DNA from: Eledone cirrhosa
Taxonomy: Eukaryota
NCBI GenBank assembly: GCA_964016885.1
Contig: OZ024741.1
Span: 329,344,001-329,408,000, forward strand
DNA: 64,000 bases
Reading direction: 5' to 3'
Shown in pieces: positions 39,993 to 56,035 of the stretch (within the stretch, counting starts at the first letter, position 1; every line of letters starts with the position of its first letter). Under the pieces are notes generated by a model that was given only the letters and a program-made list of their open reading frames with translations, was not told where the DNA came from and did no database searches. The position numbers and the translations under genes are program-made.

Positions 39993-40048
<56 letters not shown>

Positions 40049-40124
40049 TATGTATATGTTTATATACATATATGCATATGTATATGTTTATATATATATA
40101 TATATATATGCTAGTGAATGGGCA

Positions 40125-40320
40125 TAATAATTGTTTCTACTTTTGGCACAAAGCCAGCAATTATCCCTGTGTATTACTGGTACTTTATTTTATTGACCCC
40201 GTAAGAATGAAAGGCAAAGATAATCTCGGCGGGATTTGAACTCTGAACATAAAGGGCCGTAACTCTTTGCTGCAAATCATGGTGTCTGACCCTCTACCGA
40301 TACTGCCAAATATGCAACCA
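40125..40320 (-). mobile_element. SINE family 1
   Basis: Consensus match. Confidence 0.88.
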
Positions 40321-40432
40321 CCACTTGTAGACTGATATTGTATTGAAACATGTGTTAAAGAATGAACTTTGATTAAATTGTTCACTTCTATCCCATACTT
40401 CACGCCTAGTCGTTTGTTTTTCCTATACTTTT

Positions 40433-40523
<91 letters not shown>

Positions 40524-40631
40524 CTTTATTTGCCACAAGGGCGCACAAGAAAAGGAGACAATACGAAGACACATGCCGGGGACTTTACATACAGTCGTGT
40601 AAAAATATTATTAGATAGATAGATAGATCGA

Positions 40632-40727
<96 letters not shown>

Positions 40728-40816
40728 CACAATTTTATATATACATAAATACAGTGAGAGAGAGATAAAACATTTAAATACTCAAACACACACCTACGCA
40801 CATACAAACACACATA

Positions 40817-40899
<83 letters not shown>

Positions 40900-41398
40900 T
40901 ATGTAAGTATCATATCGTTGAATTCCTAAAGCTATAAAATAAGGTAGCTTGGTGTTGTTATAAGTGATGATTACCACTGTTGATAAGATAACTATGATGT
41001 ATATACAACTGTGTGTAGAATTATATGTTGGGCTGCATGTATGTAGAACTGTGTAAATAACAGTGTTGAAAACGAATGTGGCGGGGGGGGGGGGGGGGGG
41101 GCTTAAATAAATGATCAACATCAATCAAACTTCTTAGACATCTGTCTACACATCTTATTACCTCCACTTGTCATTGTGTTTGGGCATCTGTGTATGTTGT
41201 GTGTGTTGATATTGTGTTTGTGTGCATGTGTCTATGTCTGTGTGTGTGTGTGTGTGTCTGTGAATGTTGGGTGTGTGTGTTTAGGATTGAATGTAATGTA
41301 GATAGGGTGAAGATGTCAGGAAGTGATAGACTGAGAAGGAGACAGGCAGGAATATAGAAAGATGGAAAGAAAGTGAGAAGGATCTCTCGCTCTCTCTC

Positions 41399-41459
<61 letters not shown>

Positions 41460-41856
41460 ATATATATATATATATATATAACAAAAGATCGAGAGAAAGT
41501 GTGAGGGATCACTCTCTTTCTAACTCTCTCTCTCTATATATATATATATGTGTGTGTTGTGTGTGTGTGTGTGTGTGCGTGTGTATAACAATGTTATATA
41601 TACATACATATATATATATATATAACAAGGAAGGTGTGGTAAGATACCAGGTGGACCATAACGCACCAGATGACCCAATACTTAGGATAGTAGAGTGGGT
41701 AATATGAAAAGAGTCAGTACCCTGACTGCTGAGCTCCGGCCGTTGGGGTCCTGTCGGATCTAGCTGTCGAAACGGCCGGAGCTCAGCCGTAGGGGTCCTG
41801 ACTCTTTTCCTATGTATATATATATATATAGATATATCTATATATCTATATATATC

Positions 41857-41905
<49 letters not shown>

Positions 41906-42225
41906 CAGACAGAGGGAAAGATACATATGTATAGATAGATAGATAGATAGAGAGATAGATAGACAGATAGATAGAAGAAAGCACAGTTGTCTTATGCAAA
42001 TGATTCCATAATTATGACTAAATATAATCATACCATATCGAACTGGTTGAAGAAATTCTGACATTGATTAAATCACTGAGAAGTCTTCCTCTGTTGCTGA
42101 TAGAGTTTTAAAAAGGAAAAAATGGAAACGAAAATACTTCACTGGTTATAGCTTGCATCTTATAGGACAGAATTGATGGTTATGAATGGACAACGCACGC
42201 ACATACACTCCTATATATATATATA

Positions 42226-42415
42226 TAATTAGTAAGGCCAGTTACTACAACGGCGTCATACCAGGTACGTTCGTTTCGTTAGCCCCGAGAACCAGCTTGT
42301 TCAACCTATGCCAATGAAAAGGAACCGCTTCATCGGTATAGGTTAAACAAGTTTATCCTGGGGGCTAACCAGACGTACGCACCTGGTATGGCGTCGTTGT
42401 AGTAATTGGCCTTAA

Positions 42416-42421
<6 letters not shown>
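42226..42421. repeat. Imperfect fold-back (~90-bp arms) with a hammerhead 3' half
   Basis: Minus strand of the left arm reads GAAA-cgaacg-TA-cctgg. Confidence 0.8.
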
Positions 42422-42451
<30 letters not shown>

Positions 42452-42457
<6 letters not shown>

Positions 42458-42577
42458 ATAGAAGGAGCTTCTACAGGACTAGTACTGTTTCATTCAGATG
42501 AAATCTTCAGGAAGCTTCCTGAAGATTTCATCTGAATGAAACAGTACTAGTCCTGTAGAAGCTCCTTCTATAAAATA
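42452..42577. ncRNA. Perfect 126-bp palindrome encoding a complete type I hammerhead on each strand (family A)
   Basis: agcttc-CTGAAGA-tttcatctgaat-GAAA-cag tactagtc ctg-TA-gaagct at 42513-42563, plus its mirror image. Confidence 0.88.
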
Positions 42578-42717
42578 AAAAAATTTTACTCTGCCATGTA
42601 TTGAGTACCTTACTTACTGTGGTTATCCCCGACTCAACCCGGGACCTACGTATATATATATATATATATATAGTGACGAAACATAAGTCAATTGCATGAA
42701 CTCATAATCCTTTATTT

Positions 42718-42773
42718 ACTGCTATATATATTTCGATGATAGCCATTGAATGACTATGACCTCATCGGGCAGT
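42718..42773 (-). ncRNA. Type I hammerhead, family J, copy 2 (core CCGATGA)
   Basis: actgc-CCGATGA-ggtcatagtca ttcaa tggctatcatc-GAAA-tatata-TA-gcagt. Stem II covaries with the 15868 copy. Confidence 0.75.
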
Positions 42774-42877
42774 TAGTCAGTTCTTAGATATGCCAGCTCT
42801 GTGTTTATAGTGTTGATGGTATCAGAGCCTTGGGGCGTATGAAGGTTATGAATGGACAACGCACACACATACACTCA

Positions 42878-42923
<46 letters not shown>

Positions 42924-42925
42924 TG

Positions 42926-42984
<59 letters not shown>

Positions 42985-43042
42985 TGATATGTCCTATAAA
43001 GGAAGCCGACTGTCCAAGCAGTAGGTTACTACTTGGATAGTC

Positions 43043-43092
43043 GGCTTCCTGATGATTTCTCCCGAATGAAACAGTTCTAGTCCTGTAGAAGA
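43043..43092 (+). ncRNA. Type I hammerhead, family A
   Basis: cttc-CTGATGA-tttc tccc gaat-GAAA-cag ttctagtc ctg-TA-gaag. Confidence 0.8.
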
Positions 43093-43145
43093 CATTTCTA
43101 TATTGAAAAAAAATATATATATATATTTTTCAATATAGAAATGGC

Positions 43146-43339
<194 letters not shown>

Positions 43340-43448
43340 TGAAGGCGGCCGACTGAGGTAGAAGCTGCTAAATAGTCGGTCGTCCTCTTGTGTCTGATTT
43401 TCAGCCCCATAGATTGTATCTGTTATATTCTTTTCTTATATTTTGAAT

Positions 43449-43504
43449 TACCTGATGATGTCACCGGATTCATACTGAACCCGGTCATTGAAATGATCAT
43501 AGTA
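43449..43504 (+). ncRNA. Minimal type I hammerhead, family M
   Basis: tac-CTGATGA-tgtcaccgg...ccggtcatt-GAAA-tgatca-TA-gta, then AATAAA. Stem I is only 3 bp. Confidence 0.6.
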
Positions 43505-43552
43505 TAATAAACCTTTCAAGGATTTACACTGGTCCAACCTCCTGTTATGTTT

Positions 43553-43607
<55 letters not shown>

Positions 43608-44489
43608 GTATATATAGTATATATATGTGTGTATGCCTTTGTGTGTGCGTCTGTATGTCTGCGTCAGTGTCTGTGTGTATGTGTGTGTACAGGAATAAGC
43701 TAAGTAAATGTGTCACAGAGAGCAATACATAATGGAGTATAGAGGGAAATAATAAGAAAGCTATATCAGACAAGTTAGTACATAGAAATGGATTGTAGAA
43801 TATATAGGATTCATAGGTAAATTGCATTTGGCAGTAATTACAGAAGAAAATACTAAGGTAGTACTGAAAAAGATGGGATATGGAGAGAACAGACACTTTA
43901 ACTGTGCACGAATAGGTTTTGACTGCGAGGTTATTATATATTGTTGGATGTGAATAGATAGATAGATCGATAGAGAGAGAGGGAGAGAGAGAGAGAGAGA
44001 GAGAGGGGGGGGAGATACAGATGGAGAGAGAGTGTGTGAGTGTGAGGGGCGAGAGATGGAGAGAGAGGGTAGAGAGAGGGAAAGAGCGATTGATAGTCAG
44101 ATAGACAGACAGATAGATAGCTACAGATAGACAGATAGAGAGAGAGAGAGAGATAGTATGCAATACTTCAGAGGGTTGAGTGTGTTATACGAATATTCTT
44201 TATTCGATAAACAGATTTAGAGAATTTCTCCGGTTTCAATTTTCTGGAAATATGATCACAAATGAAATTTACTCTCGACATTCTGTAAAACCTGGACCAT
44301 AATATAGAAGATAGGTTGGTAGGTAGATAGATAGATGGATAGATAGATAGGTAGAGGGAGAGAGAGAAATAGATATCTTTCTTTATTTGCCACAGGGGCG
44401 TACAAAAATGGGACATTACAAGATGTGACGGCGGGGGTTTTACATAAAAATCATATGACTTTAACATTAATGAGAGAGAGAAATAGATA

Positions 44490-44850
44490 AATTTCTATTT
44501 ATTGCCACGAGGGCACAAAAGAAGGGGGAAAATACAAGGGGGGGTTACACAAAAGAACGAGTAAAAAACAAATAACAAATATAAAATTAACAATAAAGTC
44601 CTCAATAGGGAGGAGGCGTTTTGGGGGGTCGCACACACACCCGAAATTGTGTACAACCCTTCTCCTCAGGAGCACAGAGAGAGAGGGCTCCCTTGTTCTT
44701 CCATATTTTTCACCTACAGGCTGATATAGAGAGAAGGCCCATTCACTCGGGCCATTCTCGCCACTTTCACCCACCTTTCATAAAACTTGGTGGGGTACAG
44801 CACCTCTCTCTCCATCCTGATTCTTCTTCCAAAGTGGTATTTGAAAAGAA
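44490..44850 (-). mobile_element. 5'-truncated Tx1 relative (ORF2 C-terminus and 3' UTR)
   Basis: Minus-strand translation IRMEREVL...FYERWVKVARMARVNGPSL resembles IRVEREVL...FVERWVRVARMARVNGPTL of the full element. Confidence 0.88.
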
Positions 44851-45013
44851 AGGTAGATAGATAGATAAGTAGGTAGATAGGTAGGTAGGTAGGTAGGTAG
44901 GTAGGTAGGTATGTAGGTAGATTAATAGTTAGTTAGATAGATAGGTAGATTGATATATATAGAGAGAGAGAGGGGGCATAGATAAACAGACAGAGACACA
45001 GAGGGACAGATAT

Positions 45014-45066
<53 letters not shown>

Positions 45067-45399
45067 AATGTAGTCGAACATAACCAGTCAATAACCATTT
45101 CTTCGTGTATATTACAATATCACTTACATTTATGTATAGAATAAAGAAAGAAAGGAAACAACAAGAAATATACGAAAGCCAGTGAGGAAGAGATAGTGTA
45201 ATGGGAGGGGGGTGAGAATTCGAGTTCAACAAGATGCTGTAGTTACACGTCGGGGTGTTGAGTAAATTGAGAACTGTATCACGTATCAACATCGTTGTTC
45301 ATTTGATATTGTTTATCTCTAATGCTCATATGCATCCAATTGCAGAAATACCATCGATTTGTGATTTAACTATCAGAAAGAACGAAAAGAGGCAACTAA

Positions 45400-45575
45400 A
45401 TAATTGTTTCTACTTTTGGCACAAGGCCAGCAATTACCCAGTGCATGACTGGTACTTTATTTATCGACCCAGTAAGGATGAAAGGCAAAGTTAACCTCGG
45501 CGGGATTTGAACTCAGAATGGCAAGGGCCGTAACTCTATGCGTCCGACCCTCTACCGATACTGCCAATCCACCGC
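45400..45575 (-). mobile_element. SINE family 1
   Basis: Consensus match. Confidence 0.9.
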
Positions 45576-45689
45576 AACTAAATAATGATATATATGTACA
45601 TATATATATTTATGTGTGTATGTATATATATGTAAGTATGTGTATATTTATATATATGTATATATGGATGCATATGAGCATTAGAGATA

Positions 45690-45883
<194 letters not shown>

Positions 45884-46135
45884 AATGAATAATAACAGGT
45901 AGACATCATAAAAAGGTAGTTTATTCCGTGTGCTTACAAGTGTTTCCACGGTGGTACTGCAGCCTAGTTCCGCTACGTGCAAATTCACAAGTATTTGCAG
46001 AACTCGAATATCCAATGCTGTGACCACTGTTTCCTCAGAGCAGAATGGTAAATATACAATGTAAAAACCCTTAAGTGGGGTTGTTGGGGAAGATAGAGTG
46101 GAACAGGAAGAGAGAAAAGTAGGGAAGATGGAGAG

Positions 46136-46424
46136 CTGGTACCGTCATCGATTCTCAATCAAACATCAGAATCACCGTTTTGTGACCACGCTCGCCAACA
46201 AGACCTGGCAACTCCGTGAACACAACCAACAGTTCACCTTAAAATGGGATATACTTTCCAGCGCAAATGCATATCGGAGTGGTCTGAAGTACTGCAGGTT
46301 ATGTAACCTTGAGCTATTTTACATACTAAAATCCAAAAACAAATTACTTAACGATAGAATTGAACGATCATTATACTGCAACCACAAACTAAAAGCTAAA
46401 TTCTCTCACTATAAAATAACTTAA
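46136..46424 (+). pseudogene. Penelope-like GIY-YIG endonuclease, C-terminal fragment
   Basis: WQLRE...KWDIL..A..Y...CRLCNLE...LLNDR.E....CNH. Confidence 0.85.
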
Positions 46425-46917
46425 CATTCGAACCCGTAACTACAACACCACTTTCTAGCTAACAACCTTCTCTTCTCCCCCACACTACAAGACAATACAC
46501 TGCTTATCACTATACATGGTAACTCAGTACAATTCCTAGATTACTACTACAAAACCAAAAGTTCACTCACCACATATACTTTATCTGTCCCCTCTCTACC
46601 TATATATCTCTCTCTACATCCATTACACTCTCTCTCTCTCACCTTTGACCTACCTCCCTCTCAACATCTATGAACTTGACCTCTGGGGCAATAAATAATT
46701 CCGACCTCAACTATCTACGCATCTCTCCAAAAGTAACTAATAAAACCCCTACCATAACATTTTGATTAAGATATCTACAAGCCACTCTCTCCTACTTCTC
46801 CAACCCCTGCATATCTTTCCTTCTCTCTCCATCTTCCCTACTTTTCTCTCTTCCTGTTCCACTCTATCTTCCCCAACAACCCCACTTAAGGGTTTTTACA
46901 TTGTATATTTACCATTC

Positions 46918-47029
46918 TGCTCTGAGGAAACAGTGGTCACAGCATTGGATATTCGAGTTCTGCAAATACTTGTGAATTTGCACGTAGCGGAACTAGGCTG
47001 CAGTACCACCGTGGAAACACTTGTAAGCA
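46918..47029 (+). ncRNA. Type I hammerhead with extended stem II (family D); mirror copy at 45931-46042 (-)
   Basis: tgct-CTGAGGA-aacagtggt...accaccgtg-GAAA-cacttg-TA-agca, with AATAAA at 47035. Confidence 0.82.
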
Positions 47030-47221
47030 CACGGAATAAACTACCTTTTTATGATGTCTACCTGTTATTATTCATTCTTTATATACACTCCGGAATACTG
47101 AAGGATCAGGAACTAAGTTTCTTGAACAATTCTTCCATAACTCTTAGAGTAACCTCTTACCGTACGTCAACCATATCCAGTGTAGTAATTAACCATCACT
47201 GCATCTTGGATAATCCTATAC

Positions 47222-47288
<67 letters not shown>

Positions 47289-47359
47289 ATATTTGGGGAG
47301 GGTCATATTTGCGTAATATTGCCAGAATTAATAACAGAACACACTCACTGTTTGGTTGG

Positions 47360-47423
<64 letters not shown>

Positions 47424-47625
47424 GAATAATCGAGAATCGGAATATCAGCCCACGGAATCACGATAAACAATATCCGATATATGTGGCAGAGGGCTCAATA
47501 ATTTGGATAAATCAGAGCTATAACTATCGTTAAAATACCAACACATAGAGATCATGCCTAAAATCACCCGTGCAGCCGAAAAAGAACGACCAGGAAGATT
47601 CGGGTCACTCAAATAAAATATCAAT

Positions 47626-49026
<1,401 letters not shown>

Positions 49027-49166
49027 GTAGGAGGTGAGTTTTATTGTAGCACAATAAAGCAATGCAGATATCGGATAATAAAGCAATGCAAATATCGAAA
49101 TGCGCACAATAAAATACTTGGAACTCTTTTAACCATCTTTTGATCTTATATTGTATATATATATAT

Positions 49167-49265
<99 letters not shown>

Positions 49266-49416
49266 TAACAGATTAAAGTTTAAGCAAAGAATCGGTGCTT
49301 TCACCCTTAACGGGATCTTCTGAAACTCTATTTGCTCTACGGTTTTTATATATATCTATATATATATAATCCTTATCGAGCCCTCTTCGGATTTTAGTCT
49401 TCACATTTGTTATTAT

Positions 49417-49420
<4 letters not shown>
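49266..49420. mobile_element. Family C mini-cassette (inverted hammerhead piece plus terminal tail); another at 51020-51158
   Basis: Matches 47668-47729 and 48818-48905. Confidence 0.85.
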
Positions 49421-49465
<45 letters not shown>

Positions 49466-49466
49466 C

Positions 49467-49539
<73 letters not shown>

Positions 49540-49821
49540 TGCGGTTTTGAATTTGCTTTGCAAGATTCTTATCTGAAAATGTGTGTTGAAACAGATATTG
49601 ATATACTTTGGGAGGGTCATGCTGCCAATAAAAACACACGCACCTGCTTGTTTTCACTTGAATTTATTACAGATTACAAATTTCCGTTTGGTTGGTTCAA
49701 TAACTGGATTGTTGTTTATATATTGTCAAAGCTCTTTCGTCAAACATTCTGTGACCTCCTCACTGACTGATTTGTTATTTTGTGTCTCGCCTTTGTTCTG
49801 TCCTACACCATCTTGTTTTTG

Positions 49822-49874
<53 letters not shown>

Positions 49875-50035
49875 GTGTGTATATATATATATGTGTGTGT
49901 GTCAGGTCGCCCTTCAGTGCTACTGGTAATATGTAATCCAGTACAACCTGTGCATGGTCGGGCCGTCGGTGATGAAACACAAGACCCGCCAAAGACCGGA
50001 GGAACTCAGGAGAGTCAACAGCAATCCAATAAAGA

Positions 50036-50116
<81 letters not shown>

Positions 50117-50965
50117 AGCGAGAGACTTCTAGTGTTCAGTAAAACATCTCTCTAGGTCAGTCTGATATAAAACCTGCGACTTCGTTTGCATCCAATGATG
50201 TAGACCAGTTCTACAATGTTCAGAGAGAGAGACTGGTCCCGTGCAAAGCCTTTCCTCACTTAAAAAAGCTTCAAGCACAGGCACCGCTTGATATGTGACA
50301 TTTTTTGCGATGTATGGCATGGCTGGTTATAGGCTAGTCCCTAGCAGGACTAAAAAGCCACGTCCGTGATACTCATGCTTGAGTATCAAGTGATGGCATT
50401 TCTCGAAATCGGATTGCAGCTATCATATATATACAAGACAAGCAAGCGGGCGCATTAACGACAGTAAACATCGCGCGTGTACATATATGCTTATATGCGA
50501 CCTGCACATGTATTGTTTTGGGCGGTAGCCTCCTTCCTCCCATTTTCGGGACAGTGTGAGATTTTCTTTAGAACTGCTGGACTAACAACCTAGCAGTCCC
50601 CTCAAGCACTGATGGTGATTATCGCTAACTATTGATGTTGATTTGGTTATCAATATTAATCTAATTGGGCAACCACTGTAGATTTATAAGCGCCCACTTG
50701 AATAAGTATCTGTTGATCTTATACAAGCTTCTACATAACTTGATATAATTTCACCCAACTTGTAGAAATCTTATAATGAAACGAGTCGTTTGGGAAATGA
50801 TATATTTGATATATCTCATATAAAATAATACAGCTAATTATCCACACAATACAATATAGTTAGCACCCCAAACGTTTAATTGGGAATATACACAGGTATT
50901 TCCTCATGTTTGTTGAGTGAGTTGGAATTTGACCGGAGTATCGATTTTAGCTTTCTCGGATTATG

Positions 50966-51031
<66 letters not shown>

Positions 51032-51267
51032 TAAATTTGAAGACTAAACTCCAAAGGATAAATATATATCAAATATATAAGAACCGTAGAGCAAATATTT
51101 ATTAAAATAACATTAAAGTTTAAGCAAAGAATCGCTGCTTTCACCCTTAACGGGATCTATATACATACACACATATATATATGCATAAAGATATATATAT
51201 GTGTGTGTATGTGTATGTGTATGAACATACATATGTACATGGTTTTATATATGTATAAATATATAAT

Positions 51268-51303
<36 letters not shown>

Positions 51304-51381
51304 CGTATATCTATCTCTCTATATATAATCAGAATCAGCCGTCGAAACGGCTTGAGCTCAGCCGTCGGGGTCCTACTTGTT

Positions 51382-51458
<77 letters not shown>

Positions 51459-51517
51459 AGTTCTGAATACAGCAAATTTCTTCCAAAGAAGGACAGAGTG
51501 AGAGAATGGAAATGAGA

Positions 51518-51556
<39 letters not shown>

Positions 51557-51808
51557 GGGGAGAGATAGAGGGGGAGAGAGAGAGAGGGGGAAGGTTGGGG
51601 CGGGAGGTGTTTATCACAGCTGTATTCGTCTTCAACTAAATCCCGTGTTAGTTTTATTATCGAGATTTTGTATTTGTTCTCTACCAATATCTAGATTAGA
51701 ATTTTTGTAGATTTTGTAATTATTGTGAAGCAATATAGTATGTTTGTGTGTGTAACTGTATATATGTCTGTGGGTGTGTCAGTGTCTGTGTGTATATATA
51801 TATATATC

Positions 51809-51859
51809 AGATTCCTGATGATTTTTAAAGAAAGAAACAGTTCTAGTCCTGTAGAATCT
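51809..51859 (+). ncRNA. Type I hammerhead, family A, with compensatory stem I
   Basis: agattc-CTGATGA-tttt taaa gaaa-GAAA-cag ttctagtc ctg-TA-gaatct. Confidence 0.85.
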
Positions 51860-51873
51860 CATCTATATTAAAA

Positions 51874-51946
<73 letters not shown>

Positions 51947-51976
51947 AAAGAATAGAGGTGTAACACACAAGTTATT

Positions 51977-52422
51977 ATATATTGGTAAACGGAATAGAAA
52001 ATGCTGACAAATTGTTCACAGTTGAAAAATGGTTTAATTAGGAATAAAAGAGTATTAGTGATTGTATGGGTTAGTATTCAGTTGTGGTTTTAAGTTTTTA
52101 AATTTTTACCGGTTGCGCATTTCTAAATGCTTTTCAAAAATAATTTTGAGATAGAGTGTCCGTGCTGTTTGCTCTGATTTCAAAAATAATTTTGAGATAG
52201 AGTGTCCGTGCTGTTTGCTCTGATCAGAGCAAACAGCACGGACACTCTATCTCAAAATTATTTTTGAAAAGCATTTAGAAATGCGCAACCGGTAAAAATT
52301 TAAAAACTTAAAACCACAACTGAATACTAACCCATACAATCACTAATACTCTTTTCTCTTTTATTCCTAATTAAACCATTTTTCAACTGTGAACAATTTA
52401 TCAGCATTTTCTATTCCGTTTA

Positions 52423-52431
<9 letters not shown>
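51977..52431. repeat. ~200-bp-arm palindrome with a 46-bp tandem duplication at the apex (family L)
   Basis: Centre GCTCTGA|TCAGAGC at 52223/52224. Partly homologous to 13515-13585. Confidence 0.9.
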
Positions 52432-52460
<29 letters not shown>

Positions 52461-52537
52461 GTCGTCAAGTATGAAATTTGTAGGAATTTGATTTTTTTTT
52501 TTTACCAATTTCTACAAATTTCATACTTGATGACCCA

Positions 52538-52620
<83 letters not shown>

Positions 52621-52641
52621 CACATACATACATACATATAC

Positions 52642-52687
<46 letters not shown>

Positions 52688-52694
52688 GTATATG

Positions 52695-52737
<43 letters not shown>

Positions 52738-52740
52738 GTA

Positions 52741-53497
<757 letters not shown>

Positions 53498-53519
53498 TAT
53501 ATATATATATTTCGTTTCT

Positions 53520-53969
53520 AAATTTGTTTAGCAAGATTCTTTATCTGAAAACGTGTGTTGAAACCGATATTGTTATACTTTGGGAGGGTCATGTTGCCAA
53601 TAAGAAACACACGCACCAGTTGCTTTCACTTCAATTTATTATAATAAATTTATAAATTTAGGAATTTATAAATTTCCGCTTGGTTGGTTGGTTCCACAAC
53701 CAGATGGTTGTTTATATAGTGTCAAAGTTCTTTCGTCACACATTATGTAACCTCTTCAGTGATTGGGGATTATTTTCTTTGTTTTTGTGCCTCTCCTTTT
53801 GTGCCAGTCACTGAAGAGGTCACAGAATGTGTGACGAAATAACTTTGACAATATATAAACAACCATCTGGTTGTGGAACCAACCAACCAACCGGCAATTT
53901 ATAAATTCCTAAATTTATAAATTTATTATAATAAATTGAAGTGAAAGCAACATGACCCTCCCAAAGTAT

Positions 53970-53975
<6 letters not shown>
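53520..53975. mobile_element. Fold-back cassette, family K, with hammerheads at 53807-53849 (+) and 53721-53763 (-); relative at 49545-49800
   Basis: gtca-CTGAAGA-ggtcaca gaatg tgtgac-GAAA-(t/g)aac-TT-tgac. Confidence 0.75.
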
Positions 53976-54038
<63 letters not shown>

Positions 54039-54049
54039 CCAACAATATA

Positions 54050-54895
54050 TATATTAACCAACAATTTAACCTAAAATGAGATATAATAGCGTCTGCCCCT
54101 GCATAAGCCACGGACAGGAATCTTGTAAATTGTGTAATATGGAATTATTTTGTATTATGAAATCAAAAAATATTTTATTAAATAACAGAATAGAGCGATC
54201 GTTATACTGTAACCATCGCTTGAAATCTACATTTTCATATTACAAACGCTACCAGGATTGAACGCCTGTCTCCATCTCCGTTTGATTGTCAAAATACATA
54301 TTAACATTCTCTATTAGTCTTAATTCTATCAACTCTTCTATTCTTTACCATTTAATATAAACTGCTATAGATAAAATGAGATTTCTTAATTCAATTCCCT
54401 AATGCATATACCAGCAGGCTACCGGCATTGTTGTTATTCAGTAGCAGTGAAAATCTCCCTCTTCTTTAATTGACACTTTATATCTATTAATACTACTACA
54501 CCAAACGGCCAGCCCTGTCCATTGTTCAATTGGTCAAGTATAGATTAAAATAGGCACTCCCAAAAATTCTTATTTAGATAAAATAAACCATATACTCATT
54601 GTATTCTCATTAGAAACCTTTTAGATACTTGTTTACCAGTAAATTGAATTGCCATCTGTCATATACTATCCCCTCTCTTCTTCCTTTCTTACAACTAATA
54701 TAAATACTTCAATTTTTCTGATTTTTTCCAATGTATCCAATATCTCTGAAGAAGTGACAATTGATTATACATTTGCTAACATTATATGATTACGCAAGCA
54801 GCGATACATAGGTATTCCGTCTGTTACAGAAACATATGTCAATACCTAATAAATTCCTTTATAAAAGCACTTTCATTTTATATTCATCTTTTCTA
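54050..54895 (+). mobile_element. Penelope-like 3' fragment related to family D: GIY-YIG tail (to 54261), 3' UTR, hammerhead at 54741-54844
   Basis: CKLCNMELFCIMKSKNILLNNRIERSLYCNH; CTGAAGA-agtgaca...tgttaca-GAAA-catatg-TC, then AATAAA at 54848. Confidence 0.82.
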
Positions 54896-55329
54896 TATAT
54901 ATATATACATATGCAATGTACACGGTGTTGTAACAAACATCTCCGCTATCGAATAAGATCATGACACCGTAAAATTTCCATAAATAAAAAAAATTCAATT
55001 AGAAACTAAAGTTAAGAAAGGTAACTTTGATGCATTCTTGCGATATGCGGGGCTGTATTTATATATATATATATATTTAAGTTAGTGAGGTGTGATTTGC
55101 GAAACCTGTCTTTGCCATTGCCAGTAGAACTAGTGATCACGTACAATACTCCTTGGCTTTTAGTGTATCGGATTATTGAAGTATGTGACATGTGATAGAA
55201 ATTCAGACAGGGATTCCTTGTTGACTCAGTGTGTTGTGAATGCTAGCTGTCTGTAATTCACTGGGGTTTATAAACCACTTTCTCTTTCCCACAAGTTGCA
55301 GGCTTTATGTCTAAATTTGACGCCACAGC

Positions 55330-56035
55330 ACAATCATTAGAGCGGCACAGAAAATGATCTACGCTGTTTGTTTTGGTTCTTTACATTCTGGGTTCAAATC
55401 CCGCCGAGGTTAACTTTGCGTTTCAACTCTTCCTACGTCGCTAAAATAATTGTATCTACTTTTGGCACAAGGCCAGCAAATACCCAGTGTATTACTGGTA
55501 CTTTTATTTTATCGACCCCGTAAGGATGAAAGGCAAAGTTAACCTCGGCGGGATTTGAACTCAGAATGGCAAGGGACGTAACTCTATGCGTCAAAGCATG
55601 GCGTCCGACCCTCTACCGATACTGCCAAATAATACCAGTAAACGTACTGAGGTCGACATAATCGACTTTCTCCTTCGACCAAATCGCTGGAAACACTTCA
55701 TTTCCCGTTGCTCCAGTATACTCAGGTGAGAAGGAGTATCAGCAATAGCTGGGGGTTTAAGCCTGCGCTGGACCGGTGTGCTGTTCAGGGAGGTGTCTTG
55801 AACTCTCAGTCGCTTCACGCCACGGATACTGGGATATGTACCGACCTGATGAGCCTCCGAGCTCCAGACAGACTTTAACCCTGCGATGGACTAGTGCAGT
55901 GTCCAAAGGGATAGGGGAGTCTTGTACACTCAGTCGCTTCACGCCTCCAAAATTGGGATAAGCACCTGCCTGCTGAGCCTTCGGGCTCGGGACTGGCTTG
56001 AGACAAATTGCTGGCCTTGTGTTAACACTAGAAAG
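55330..56035. mobile_element. Nested SINEs (young family 1 copy at 55447-55630 on -, inside older + copies)
   Basis: Consensus matches in both orientations. Confidence 0.75.
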
